NCBI GenBank assembly: GCA_013239625.1
Contig: MU054323.1
Location: 18,866,819 to 18,930,818, forward strand
Source: Lama guanicoe
Taxonomy: Eukaryota
Length of the DNA: 64,000 nt
Reading direction: 5' to 3'
Part shown: positions 1-12,968 of the stretch, in pieces
How positions within the stretch are numbered: the first letter of the stretch is position 1
Layout of the letters: each line of letters starts with the position of its first letter
Position numbers and translations under genes: made by a program
The notes under the pieces: generated by a model
The model's input: the letters and a program-made list of their open reading frames with translations, nothing else
What the model was told of the DNA's origin: nothing
The model's database searches: none

Positions 1-394
1 TGCCTGAAAAAGCTGCCCTCTTTCTCATAAGAACTCTTCACAGACTTTTGTGGCACTTTCCTATTGAGCTTCTTTTACTCCTCCCTACCGCCCACCCCAG
101 TGTCTTAGTTTCCTCCCTCTCTCATCCATTGATCTCTGTTTTAAACTTATATTGCTACTTTTAAGGGATGTTGATGTTTATCTACTTGTTGTCCCTTAGC
201 ACATGCTGCACTGGGGACCGAGGAATCATTAAGTTGCTATGATGTTGAAGTACTACTGAAAGGCTGGTGCTTTATTGAACACCTGTAAAACATAGTTTGG
301 ACATTTTTGACATATATTGAATATCTAAACAAATGCAGATTTGGGTTGGTTGTCTTTATCATTGCATGCTTAATCTACACTACTTGGATGCAAC

Positions 395-1590
395 ATTAAA
401 GACATACTCCATGAAAGGAAGAATTAATAAGCTGGACTTTATTAAAATATAAAAGTCTGCTCTGTAAAAGATAATGTTAAGAGAATTACATTACAATTAC
501 AAGGCAAGCCACAAGCTGGGAGAAAATTATTTGCAAAAGACATACCTAATAAAGAACTGTTACCCAAAATACGCAAAGAACTCTTAAAACTCAACAATAG
601 GAAAACAAACAACCCAATTAAAAAATGGGTCAAAGACTGTAACAGATACTTCATGAATGAAGATATACAAGTGTCAAATAAGCTTATGTAAATATGTTTC
701 ACATTGTATGTCATCACAGAAATGCAAATTAAAACAAGAAGATATGCAATTACACATATATTAAATGGCAAAATCTGGAACACTGACACCACCAAAAGCT
801 GGTGAAAAAGTGGAACATGGGAACTTTCATTCACTGCTGGTGGGGATGCAAAGTGGTTCAGTCACTTTGAAAGACTTGTTAGTGGTTTCTTACAAAACTA
901 AACATATTCTTACTGTACAATCTATCAATTGTGTTTCTTGGTATTTTCCCAAAAAAATTATTTATATCATACTAAAAACCTGTACACAAATATTAATAAT
1001 TGTCAAAACCTGGGAAGCAACCAAGATTTACCCTTCAGTAGGTGAATGGGGAAATCAACGGCAGCGCATCCAGACAATGTAATATTATTCAGAAATAATT
1101 GAGCCATCAAGCCATGAATAGTCATGGTGGAAGCTTAAGTGCATATTATTAAGTGAAAGAGCCAATCTGAAAGGACTATATCTATGATTTCAACTCTATG
1201 ACATTTTGGAAAAGGCAAAACTATGAAGACAATAAAAAGATCAGTGATTGCCAGAGGTTGGGAGGGGAGGAGAGATGAATAGGCAGAGCACAGAGGATTT
1301 TTAGAGCAATGAAAACAGTCCTCATGATACAATAATGATGGATACATGTCATTATAGCTTTGTCAAAACTCACAGAATGTACAAGACCAAGAGTGAACCC
1401 TAAGGTACACTATGAACTCTGGGTGATTATGACTTGTCAATGTAGGTTTGTCCTTGGAAATGTATCATTCTGATGAGTGATGTTGATAATTGGGGAGGTT
1501 ATGTGTACAGGGTGGCAAAGGTTGTAAGGGAAATCTCTGTACCTTCCTGTCAATTTTTGTGAGCCTAAAACTGTTCTAAAAATTGTCTTT
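395..1590 (+). mobile_element. LINE-1 3' fragment (ORF2 C-terminus plus 3' UTR), L1MC1-like
   Basis: L1 ORF2-end motifs (AAGCTGGACTTTATTAAAAT, GGAGAAAATTATTTGCAAA, GAAATGCAAATTAAAAC) and an L1MC-type 3' UTR ending GGGAAATCTCTGTACCTTCC...CCTAAAACTGTTCTAAAA. ORFs 442-834 and 765-1082 are L1 remnants or shadows. Confidence 0.9.
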
Positions 1591-1599
1591 AGGAAGTCC

Positions 1600-2440
1600 A
1601 AAAAATTAACCTCAGCAAAGAAATAGAAAGCCTCAGAAAAGAAAGAGAAGTTATAAAGAAGAACACAATGGCAAATTTAGCAATAAAAAAATACAAGAAC
1701 AGAAATAAAAATTCAGTGGGTGCACTCAACAGTAGAATGGAAAACACAGAAGAGTCAATGAACTTAAAGATAAAACAACAGAAATCACCCGATATGAATA
1801 ACAGAGTGAGAGATTGAAAAAATTAAATAATTTCAGGAACATGTAGGGCTATAGCAAAAATACTGCTTTTGAGTCAGCAGAATCCTAGAAGAGGATAAAA
1901 GGATGGGACTCACAAAGCATTGGAAGAAATAATGGCTGAAAATTTCTTAACTAGGGCAAAAAAACCAAAAACCAAAAAAAAAACCCCTAACCTTACATAT
2001 TAACAAAGCTGAGTAAACCCCAAACAACATAAACTCAAAGATATCCACACTAAGACATATCTTAGTCAAACTTCAGAAAACTAAATGCAAAGAAAATTTT
2101 GAAAAAAGCTAGAGAGAAATGACTCATTCCTGGAGAGGAAAAGCAATTGGAGTAACAGCCAATTTCTAAGAAGGAACCGTAGAGACCAAAAGAAAGTGGT
2201 GCAATGTTTTTCTGCTGGGGGAAGAAATCCACCAACCCAGAATTCTGTATCAGTCGGAAATTTTGGAAACTTCTGTATCATTTAGAAATACACAAATCAA
2301 CCAAATGTCAAAGTTCTGATTTTACTATTGTATTATAATAAACTAAGATATAACAATTGGAGGAGGAGGCATGAGACCTAACTGTACTCTGTCTGTAACT
2401 TCCTGTGACTCTATACCTATTTCAAAATAAAAAGTTTTTT
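1600..2440 (+). mobile_element. Old LINE-1 ORF1-region fragment followed by a short L1M 3' end
   Basis: Decayed ORF1-like sequence (GAAGAAATAATGGCTGAAAATTTC; ACCCAGAATTCTGTATC) and a 3'-end-like tail CTATTTCAAAATAAAAAG at about 2420-2435. Confidence 0.75.
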
Positions 2441-2755
2441 TCAAGTTTAATAAATAAAATTCAGCCACAAATTTAGCCTTAGAGGTACTGTCACAATGTC
2501 ATCTGGGATCAGCCACTGGTTAGCAGAGGTCCAATTCCAAGCCCACAAGTCTTACATACTTTCGTGAACCTCCTCAGTCATCCCTCTAAGGAAAAATCAA
2601 GTGTCTTGGATTTTGCCATTTAGAAGCATTAGATGTGATTGGACTCCCAGCCATTCATTTTCAAGAATTTTACATTATTCCTCAGAACCTAGCATGTCAA
2701 AGGCAGAATTCTCCACAGAATCATATAGTCTTTATCTTGCTCTTTGTCTTAAAGT

Positions 2756-2808
2756 TCTCTCTCTCTGTCTCTCCCCCTCCCTCTCTCTCCCCCTCCCTCT
2801 CTCTCTCT
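2756..2808. repeat. (CT)-rich low-complexity tract
   Basis: Imperfect CT/CCCT run read directly. Confidence 0.9.
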
Positions 2809-5296
2809 ATATAAAGTGACTTATATAAATAACTCCTGAAAACTACTGAGTTTCATTTTTTAAAATACATATATTTGGAAAGCAAGTGCTAATCTTTGCA
2901 TAGCCATTTTAGCTCTATTTTAAGATCATTTAGTTTTGAAATATCCTAGCTATTCCCAATCTGATAGTTGTAAAAATAGTGAGACTTAATATGAGTTTAG
3001 CACTCTAAATGTGTACATTTCTTTTGAATAATGCATCACTTAATACTGCCCATGGGCAGGGCTGGTATATCACAGCCAGTCTGCAGCCAGCTTGTGGCTG
3101 GAACGCCGTGCAGCTGTGGCCACCTTGCCACAGGCCACAAAAGCTCTTCTAAAAACCACTTTATGTTGAGAGAGGGTCCCCAAGACACCAAAAAAAAAGA
3201 TTTTTAAAGCATTTCTTGGAGAGAATGTGCATCAAACAAAAAAACCGGAGGCAAGATGAAATCACAAAAGTGGGAAGGGGTTCCTTGAATGTTAAAAATC
3301 TCAGTTGGGAAGCTGGCAAATGTAAAGAAATGCTTTTCTGACACTGGATGCACTTTCTAACCTCAGATGCTGGAGTACTTGATGAGTCATTGTGATGGAG
3401 AGCTAATTGCCTCATAAAGTTGTAACTGAATCAAGAACCTCAGGGGCAAGAAGGAAGTGTGTTTGCCTCCTCCATCTTAATTTATGTGATTTTACCTAAT
3501 GCAGATGTTAGTACATTGGTTTCTTCTGTGGCAGAGCCCAATGGAAGCATATATAATTCTGACTACGTTCCTATTTAATAAAGTGTGCATCTATTTTGGA
3601 GAATGCCATATATTCTAATCCTCAGTTGGAAGCCAGTAGCAAATAGCTTATGGGAGTCAACTGAATTTTTTAAGATAGTCCTCGAATAAAGAATTTTTGA
3701 CTGATACACACATCTATTTTTAGCAAGTGTCTACAGAGATATCTTTAAAGTTTGGGATTAAAGTGTTTACCACTGAGACTTGCCATCATCAAGGGGAGTG
3801 CTTGAGGGGGTTCAAACTGGGAGATATTGAAGTTTTGTAGGATTTCATAGGCCGCTGTATTTATTATGAAAAATTTAAATTGAGAATTTTGTTAGAGGAA
3901 TTCCATAATCAACCAGCCATTCTCGAAGGGGATTTTGGACTGTGATGTTTGGCAAGTGCAGCTTCACAGAATTATTTTTTGTACATTTTTTTCATATTTG
4001 AAATGTAAAATCATAGTATCTTTTAAAGAGTCTTAATAACTTTGACATTCTTAAACTTGTCCATCTATTTCTGGAGCTTCATTGGCTAATTCATCCTCTG
4101 GTTAACATTTAATTCTTGGAATGGACAGTATCTTGCTGCACATATTTTCATTTTATTTGTATGTTTTTATATAGATGTGTTCAGTTTACTTTTTTCCTTG
4201 TTATTTCTGTATTTGGTAATATTCCTCAATCACAAAATTGGAGAAATCTCTTAAGGGTGGTTCTTTGATATATAAAAATAATGATAATTGGGATTTAGAA
4301 TATCACCTTGAAATGATATATATATGTAAAGAGTAAACAGAAACATTAGTACAAATACAAAATTTATATCTGTACTGGGAAAACAAGCAAATCTGATGCT
4401 GTGATGATTTGGGATAAAAAGCAGAAAAATACAAAGGTAAATGGGAAGTTACTGATTAAAAGTGGAGGCTGTGCTGTTTTGGACTGACTTTACATTCAGA
4501 CTTGGTCCCAAATGAAGGTCCTCCTATGAAACATTGTCAAAGATGACATAAAACTAATGATGTGTTGATGTCATATTTGAATAAGACATGGTGATCTCAA
4601 TTCAAATCAATTAAAATTTTATTTTAAAAGCACAAAATAATGCTTTCCAGCACACACTTGATAAACTTTAATTACCCAAGGCAAAGATAAGAGGAGACTA
4701 AAACCACAGAGAGAGTTCAAATTTGCATTTGCTCAGGAGGGGATAGGAGCTATACTACGGTTAAGAAGCTTAGGAGTTAGACGCACACAGTGTTAGATAA
4801 TTGCTTAGAGGAAAAGGAGGATCAAATGATTTCTTTATCAGATTACTTTTTTTTTTGATCAATGGCAATGGCATGCTGTATGAAAGAGCAAGTTTTATAT
4901 ACCAGCAGATAATTTGTTTCATTTCTATATGAAACCACTGATACACAAATCCTGTATCAATTCATAATGTATGTGTGGTACATATATGAATAAAAGCACT
5001 CAATGACACTTTTTTTCCTATTAGAGAAAAATTCATTCTACCTAAGAATATTACTTTGTTAATGAAGCTGGAAAATTTGGGTTGGGAGCTTCATTTGTGG
5101 ATTGTTATCCTTATGCACAGCAACGAAAGAAGATTATACACAATTAAAAGATGTGACGCTTTCTATGCTAATTTATACACTGCTTTATTCAAGAGAATGG
5201 TTTGTTGTCAATGATTAAAGGAAACAATGGAAACAGTAAGCATGATCAAAGTTGAGACACTGTGTAAATACGCATTCTATGTTCTGGGCAAAGAAA

Positions 5297-5740
5297 TGTA
5301 GAGTGAATATTTGGTCCCCAAAGACATCAGTATCCTAATCCTTGAAACTTGGCAAAGGGGATTTTGCAGAGGTGATTGAGTTAATGAGCTTGAGGTCGAG
5401 AGAGGACCCAGGTGGGTCCAAAGTAATCACAAGTGTCTTCACAGGAGGGAGGGAGGAGGGGTGAAAGTCAGAAGAAGTGGTAATGAGAGCATAGGTCAGA
5501 GTGACCCCACTGCTGGAAGGGACCATGAACCAAGGGATGCAGGTGGCTTCTTGAAGCTTAAAAAGGCCAGAAATGAATTTTTCTCTAGAGCCTCCAAGAG
5601 GAATGTGTCCCTGAAGATACCTTGATATTCACTCCGTAAGACTCTTTTCAAACTTCTGACCTTCAGAACTGTAAGGTAATCAATACGCATTGTCACACAA
5701 TTTGTGCTAATTTGTTGTAAGAGCAATAGGATACTAATAT
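5297..5740 (+). mobile_element. MaLR solo LTR (MLT1D/MLT1C-like)
   Basis: Typical MLT1 motifs: GGTCCCCAAAGA, TTTGCAGAGGTGATT, GTAATCACAAG, TTCTCTAGAGCCTCC, CTTCTGACCTTCAGAACTGTAAG, GCAATAGGATACTAATA. Confidence 0.88.
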
Positions 5741-6095
5741 AGAACGTAAGAACATTTCTGTGCTGCTACTGAAGGGAACAGGGCTTATTTACCTTACTTT
5801 GGGAAATGATGATAGCACTAAAATCTATCTATGTAACCCTGACACTGCCAGTAAAAATCACTTCTAAGTGCTCAAATGACATATCTTCGCAATCTGTTTT
5901 GAAAGGCTCAAGCGTATCGCTTCAGGTTTGACATATCAAGGTTTTAAATGTTGAGAATAGGACATTATGACTTCTTAAGATGAAATACTGGCAAAAATAG
6001 CATAATCAGTGAACTCGAGTACTTTTTAATATTTGGTCTTTGTCTTCATTCATTAGAGAAAGAAATCAACAACATATTCAGGACACATTTAAAAA

Positions 6096-6560
6096 CTGTC
6101 TTTCTAAGTGAAGTAAGCCAGAAAGAGAAAGAAAAATACCATATGATATCACTTATATGTGGAATCTTAAAAAAAAAAAAAGACCAAATGAACTTATTTA
6201 CAAAACAGAAATAGACTCACATACATAGAAAACAAACCTATGGTTACCAGCACAGAAAGGGAGTGGGAAGGGATAAATTGGGAGCTTGAGATTTGCAGAT
6301 ACTAACTAATACATATAAAATAGATAAACAATAAGTTCATACCATAAAGCACAGGGAACTATGTTCAATGTTTTGTAGTAACTTACGGTGAAAAAGAATA
6401 TGGAAATGAATATATATATTTTCATGTGTGACTGAAGCATTATGCTGTACACCAGAAATTGACACAATGTAGAGAACTGACTATACTTCAATAAAAATAT
6501 ATATAAAGTCTAAATATGCACAATAAATGTACTTTTAAAAATTAAAAACAAAAAAAAAAC
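6096..6560 (+). mobile_element. Young lineage-specific (camelid-type) LINE-1 3' end, 5'-truncated
   Basis: CTAAGTGAAGTAAGCCAGAAAGAGAAAG...TGTGGAATCT...GATTTGCAGATACTAAC...AGCACAGGGAACTA, then AATAAA and an A-rich tail. Confidence 0.92.
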
Positions 6561-6899
6561 CCCACATCCAAATGTAGTGACTGAGTGGAAATAGTTTGCA
6601 AAGCCAAATGGCAAACAAAGGAAGAACCAGGAAATAATTTGACATTACTTCTCAAATTACAATGTTGTGACATCCAACTTTCATTGTACATGAAATGCAT
6701 TACTGAATGTTGTCTTCTCTTAATAATAGCTCTATTTTATCTGGGTGCATGTTTCATATAAACAAATACAGATCTCTTAGTCAGAATGTTATGAGATACT
6801 TTCGGGCAAGCCTTTACACGGATACTGAGGTTTTTCTCTCCCATGGGAAATATTTAGGATTAATACTCAAACTATTGCATTAAGTTCATGTTTTAGTCA

Positions 6900-7420
6900 A
6901 TAAAAATTGTGTTAAATTCAACAATACACATTAAAAATCAAACAATAGAATTTATAGTGCAAAATGCAAATCTTTTGCCCCTACCCCTCCAGAGTCAATA
7001 TTTATATCCCAAAGAGGCAATAACTTTTAACTCTTTAAGTTTACAAAATTGGTTTTCATTTTCTAAATAACATGCTTACAATACTTTTTCTTGATTTTTC
7101 CATTGTAGGTGTTGTTAATTGACTTCCTAAACAGAATATGACAATTTGGCTATCATATAAATGCCCTTTTCCCCTTCCTCTACTCACTAATGTTGTTATT
7201 TTACTCTTTTTGTTTAAATAAATATTCAGTATTTATATCATTAAAACTAGTTTTTACAACTAAGATGTTATACTAAACTCCTCTTTGTGCAACTCTTAAA
7301 AATTTTATTTTTCTATTCTGGTTAATAATGTCCTCCTTTTTGTCTATCTTCCTTTCCTATGCAATTATCAATAATTAATCCCCAAATTCTTTGCTCCAAA
7401 TGTGCTTTAATATATTAAAA
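6900..7420 (-). mobile_element. Very old L1-related fragment (HAL1/L1ME-like), left part
   Basis: Degenerate T-rich antisense L1/HAL1-like 3' sequence (CCCCTACCCCTCC...CCCAAAGAGGCAATAACTTTTAAC); appears to resume after 9060. Confidence 0.45.
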
Positions 7421-7429
7421 AGCAAAAGA

Positions 7430-9060
7430 ACACAATATACAAAAATGATTCAAACTGGATGTAAAATTAAATGTAAGAGAGAAAACTGTAAAACTTTTAG
7501 AACAAAGGAGCAGTAAAACTTCATGACCTTGACTGTGTCAGTGGTTCCTTAGATATGACACCAGAAGTATAAGTGACAAAAGATAAATAAATAAATTGGA
7601 ACTCATCAAAATTAAAAAGTTTCGTACTTCAAAGGACACTGTCAAGAAAGGGAAAAATCAACCCAAGAAATGACAGAAAATATTTGCAAATCACATATCT
7701 ACTAAGAGACTTGTTTCTAGAGAGAAGTCTTATAACTCAATAATAAAAAGACAAATAATATTTTTTAATGTGCAAAGGCTATGAATAGACTATTCTCAAG
7801 AACAGATACATTAATTGGCAACAAATGCATGAAAAGATGTGCAACAGCATTAGTTTTCAGAGAAATGCAAATTTTTAAAATATTTTTATTGAAGTATAAT
7901 CAGTTTACAATGTTACAATTTCTGGTGTACCGCACAATGTGTCAGTCATATAGGAACATACATATATTCATTTTCATATTTTTCACAATAAGTTACTACA
8001 TGATATTGAATATAGTTCCCTGTGCTATACAGTATGAACTTGTTGTTTATCTATTTTATATACAGTAGTTAGTATACAGAAATCTCCAACTCACAATTTA
8101 GCCCTTCCCACCCCCTTGCCCTCTGGTAACCATAAGCTTGTTTTCTATGTCTGTGAGTTTGTTTCTGTTCTGTAAATAGTTTCTTTGTCTTTTATTTTAT
8201 TTTTTTTAAGATTCCACATATAAGTGATACCATATGGTATTCTTCTTTCTCTTTCTGGCTTACTTCACTTGGAATGATGATCTCCAGGTCCATCAGAGAA
8301 ATGCAAACTTAAAGCACACTAACATACTCCTTAAACTCTTCTAAGATGGCTATCATAAAACGACGGATGATAACAAATGTTGGTGAGGCTGTGGAAAAAC
8401 TAGAAACCTCATTTACTACTAGTAGGAATGTAAAATAGTATAATTATATTGGAGAATAGACTTACAGTTCCCAAAAAAGTAATCATAGAGTTACCATTTG
8501 ACCCAGTAGTTCGACTTCTAGGTATATATATATATTCAACAGAAATAAAAAGATATGTACAGAAAATTTTGTATAGAAATGTTTGTAGCAGCATCAATAA
8601 TAGCCAAAATGTGGCAACAACCCTAATGTCCATTAACTGATAAATGGATAAACCAAATGTGGTATATCCATACACTGGGATCTCATTCAGCCATAAAAAG
8701 GAGTGAAATTCTGACTCATGCTATAGCATGGATGAACCTTAAAAATATGCTGAGTGAAAGAAGCAAATCACAAAAGATGACATGTCATATGATTTGCTTT
8801 GTCTAAAATATTCAGAATAAGCAAATCTACGGAGAGGGTAAATAGATTTTAGCTGCTGGGGGTTAGGATGAGTGTGGGAATTGAGGGATGATGGCTTTAA
8901 GAGTTTCTTTTTGGGAAGATAAAAATGTTCTAAAATTGATTCTGGTGATGGTTGCACAAATCTATGAATACATTTTAAAAGTTAATTTAATATTTAATGA
9001 TGTGAATGGGTGGATTTCATGGTATATAAGTTCTATATCAATAAATTAGTCATTAAAAAA
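7430..9060 (+). mobile_element. LINE-1 ORF2 C-terminus plus 3' UTR (L1MB-like), interrupted by a younger L1
   Basis: TTCCTTAGATATGACACCA, GAAAATATTTGCAAATCACATATCT, CAAATGTTGGTGAGG, GAGTTACCATTTGACCCAG, GGATGAACCTTAAAAA. The sequence is collinear across the 7872-8292 insert. Confidence 0.9.
7872..8292 (-). mobile_element. Young camelid-type LINE-1 3' end nested in L1MB, with a 15-bp TSD
   Basis: Antisense L1 3' UTR (ATAGTTCCCTGTGCTATACAG; AGATTCCACATATAAGTGA) flanked by the direct repeat TCAGAGAAATGCAAA at 7857-7871 and 8293-8307. Confidence 0.95.
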
Positions 9061-9064
9061 ACAT

Positions 9065-9680
9065 CAGAAACACAATTTCTGTAGACCTGTTTTCCTGTCA
9101 CGTGGAAGCTCTCTAGCCCCACCACTGAGCTGTCATTCTGGAACGTCTCTTTACTATGTCTCTGGGAATCCCCTTTTCTCTTTTCTACAGGATCCCCTAT
9201 TTCTTGGAACTCTTTTGCCATTTCCTCCATAGTTTTGCTGGAGCATAACCTCTGGTAGGTGGCTAGGAATGGGTTCATGGCAGGCACGTTAAAAAAAAAG
9301 CTTGTATATCTCATACAGTATTCATTATATCCTGATATTTAATGGACATTTGGGCTATGAACAATAGTCTAGATTTGGTGCCATTTTTATTCAAAATTTT
9401 GAATAACATTTTGCTTTACTGTATTTCAGTTTTCAGTAATACAGCTGAAAATTCCAATTGGCTGTTAATTCTTTGTAGGAAACTTTTTTCTTCTTCCTGG
9501 AAGCATTAAGAATCTTCTCTTTATTCCTTGTATTGAAAACTATTACGATGTTGCTGTGTGTATATGTTTTGTGATTCAACATCCTGATTGTTCTGGCCTT
9601 TACTTGGTCCCTTCTGTATAAAGATATACGTCTTTCAATTTTGGGAAATATGCTTACAATTTTTCTTTGATTTTTTTCGT
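9065..9680 (-). mobile_element. Very old L1-related ORF1-like fragment (HAL1/L1ME-like), right part
   Basis: Antisense ORF1-like motifs (TTTTGCTGGAGCA, GAATCTTCTCTTTATTCCTTG, TCAATTTTGGGAAAT). Confidence 0.55.
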
Positions 9681-10748
9681 GATAATGACCATAATTGTTA
9701 GTTGGGACATTATAATTTAGTAGAAGTGAACTGTAAGAAGGAAAATTTACTGGAACCTGAACTATATCTCAAAGTATCTATTAAAAAGCTAGGTATAGAT
9801 TCCTTGGTGAAACTATAATAATTTAATCCTTTTATTTAATGTGAAAAAGAACATTATTTTCAGAAATTTAAAAAATATTAGATAAAGTCAATGGTCTCTG
9901 GCTATTCTGAAAGAAATTTAACTAGTCTGTGGATGTTGTAAATTTGAGAACTCGAGCCATAACCTATGTTTCACTTTTTCCAGGGATTACAGTGATCTTT
10001 AAATGAAAGACATGGTACTGTTTTACCTCTGACTTGTGGTAAGAATTAAGTCTGAATTTTAATAGAGGCTTTTTCTCATTGAGAATATTCTCAGCAGCTA
10101 AAATTAAAATATGTGATGGACCTAACCTCAGAGGTAAATTCAGTTCCTGTATAATTTCTAATGTGACCAGCAAGTTCATGTCACAGAGTTATTGAATCTC
10201 AACAGAGAATTCTAGAAATGCCCATGGCTGAACCCTACCTTTTGTGCTGCTTAGACAGAGGATGAAGCCCTCCCTGTGTGATTAGCATCTGATAATAGCT
10301 CATCTGCCTGATTGACAGTCTGTTAAACCAACAAAACTTCCCTTACTTCTTTCCTCACTGATTTCACTCATGTTCTGTATAAAGAAGCAAAAGATTCAAA
10401 TCTTATACACCTCATGGTTAAGAAAAAAATAAAATTCAACTAATGTAGGAACTCCAAATAGCCCAAGGAGAATTTGAGATTCAGAAATCATTCTGTTTAT
10501 TTTGTCATAGTTGACACACATACCAGATCCTTCAGGCCAAGATGTAGCCTTCGTTGAGCCTCTTTCTGTGACAGCTTCTCAGAGAACACAAAGGTCCTCT
10601 GAATGATTTGATTTGCTCCTACTTGAGCTCGGCATATGGAGTAAAGATGGGAGGGCAGGAAGAGATTAGGATGCTACTGTGTAATTCCAATACTCTCTCC
10701 ACAAAGAGTAAGTCACATGGAAGATTTTAGCACTGTAGAGTACCTGAA

Positions 10749-11080
10749 ATTTTTTTTCCAGTTTTATTGAGAAATAATTGACATACATTGCTGTATACGT
10801 TTAAGACATGCAGGATGATGGTTGGATTGTAAAATGATTATTGTCATAGGTTCAGGTAACATCCATCTTCACATACAGGTACAATAAAAAGAAAAGAAAC
10901 AAAAAATGGAAAAAAAATTCTCCTTGTAATGAATGAGAACCCTTAAGATTTACCCTCATTATAACTTCCCTGTGTATCATACAACAGTGTTAGCTACAGT
11001 CATCATATTGTATATTGCATCCCTAGCAATTATTTATCTTATAGCTGGACGTTTATGTCTTTGATCATCTCTCTCCAATG
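10749..11080 (-). mobile_element. LINE-1 3' UTR fragment (cetartiodactyl/laurasiatherian type)
   Basis: T-tract followed by TTTTATTGAGAAATAATTGACATA...GAGAACCCTTAAGATTTAC...TTATTTATCTTATAGCTGGA. Confidence 0.85.
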
Positions 11081-11794
11081 GAATACAATTTAACCTCCAT
11101 TCTGGACCAAGCTGCAGCATCAGGTACAAACTTTAAAAATTATATTTTAACATCAGAAAAAATAACAGGGCATTGTGTTTTCCCCTAAAAGTAGGTATTC
11201 GTGGTCTGATTTTCTTGAAAGCCACACACTGAGTTTCTAGCTCCATTTTTCTCTTCTGGAGTGAATCCTGTCTCTAATGACCAATTGGAGATTGATGGAA
11301 CCCTTGCTGCTTTATGGCACTGTCTAAGGAATTCATACTTCTGACTCTGTTTAACCACAGGGCAGCAGCACTTTGAGTATATGATGAAATAATGTATCTT
11401 TTGCTGTTATATGCTGATGAGGATTTTCCAATTTGTGTAGCCCCTGAAAATGTTGGCAACAAAAACGATCGAGACATGAAACTTTCACACAAGTCTTGCT
11501 GCCAGACTGGACTGAGATGAGTTCCTTCTGGATGACAAACTGTTACAACATGTTATTTAAATGTTGGAATCAATAATTAACAATCTAGTGAATGCATGTT
11601 CTCTTTAGAGGTATTTTGTTGTGTTGTTTCAGGTAACAACAGGCTGTCAGGACTGAGAAAGCAAAAAAGTGACAAAAATATACAGAGACTTTTCTTTCTC
11701 CCAAGTCTTTAGCAGAGATCCAGCAATGAAGGAGAACTGCCTCTTACTATTGTCTTCATCCCATCTGACAAGATGACTACAAGAAATGGAAGCA

Positions 11795-11980
11795 TGAGGG
11801 TAAAGAGCCCTTCCAGGCAGATAGACCAGGGTTCATATTTTGTGACTTGAGCCTCTTAAGTTCTCTGAAACTGTTAACTCAGTTCTAAAGTTGAGATATC
11901 AGTTAATCTAAAATTGCTGTTAGAGCATCAAGAGATAATGTAAGGAAAGAGATACTTAGAAGGTACTCAGTGAATAGTGG
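11795..11980 (+). mobile_element. MIR SINE (degenerate)
   Basis: AAAGAGC...CAGATAGACCAGGGTTCA...TGTGACTTG...GAGATAATGTAAG...GGTACTCAGTGAATAGT. Confidence 0.6.
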
Positions 11981-12164
11981 ACTTTAAAAGGCAAGGAGAC
12001 AAGGTGATGGGTTACAAAGGACACTGTACCAAGAGTCAGAGAAGTTTCTGACTCACTGCACAAGGAGTCAGGGAATGCCCACCTTTGGCACTGACCAGTT
12101 CTGATACTGCATAAAGGTCCCCTTACATCTCTGGTCTTTATTTCTCTTTTTAACTAAGGAATTA

Positions 12165-12760
12165 AGGTGGCAAGGAAGAGAGACCCATCTAAACTAATTC
12201 AAGTCAAAAGGGATCACTATTTTGCTTCCCTCTCTGAAAAGTGATACATAAGATTTAAATATCAAATTGATCTCACATTAGAGGCTACAGTTCACATGGC
12301 TCACATTCACAAACAGAAACTAATACAGTCATCCCAGGGCAAAAATTATGATATAGCCAACTTTTATACGGGGCTGGAACTAGAAAGGGAGAAAATGGGT
12401 AATTTGTCAGTTCCTTAGGTATTACAGCGTCTCTCTCACCTCCACTTCTCTTTATACTTTTGCTGTGTTCATCTCCCCACTTTCCATCTCTAGACTTTTT
12501 TCTCTGCTTTCACAGGGTTGGCATGGCCATTCCGTTACAACACTTCCATTACGCTCACAGGATTTCAGTTGTATCCCTCTGCACAGACTGACAACCATGC
12601 TGATGTCTCTTTGATCAAGTTATTGGAGGAGAAAAAATGTTTTATTCTACTCTATGGACTGGTTTCCCTTAAGTCAGTGGTCCACATTTAATCAAATCAG
12701 CTGTTGACAGAATGGAGTTGCCAAGAGATGATTTGTAGTATGGTGGTTTGGCCTGTAGGT
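12165..12760 (-). mobile_element. Possible very old MaLR LTR (late MLT1 type)
   Basis: GGCAAGGAAGAGAGACCCATCTAAACTAATTCAAG start and AATCAGCTGT motif resemble old MLT1 LTRs; heavily diverged. Confidence 0.35.
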
Positions 12761-12809
12761 GGAGTGCTGTGTTCAGTGCTAAATACATAGTACATCACAG
12801 AAGCTTCTT

Positions 12810-12968
12810 GACAATACTGTGAAGTGGTTGGTATTACGGCAGGTTCACAACAAAGAAAGCTGACGGGTGGGAGACTTAAATAAACTTTTTCATGTCACAT
12901 AGCTCAGTTGACATGCCCATTATTTGAACCCAAGCTTGGCTAATCCCAAAGATCATGCTCTTAACCGA
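12810..12968 (-). mobile_element. MIR SINE
   Basis: TGTGAAGT...GTCACATAGCT...TTTGAACCCAAG...CCCAAAGATCATGCTCTTAACC matches the antisense MIR core. Confidence 0.75.
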
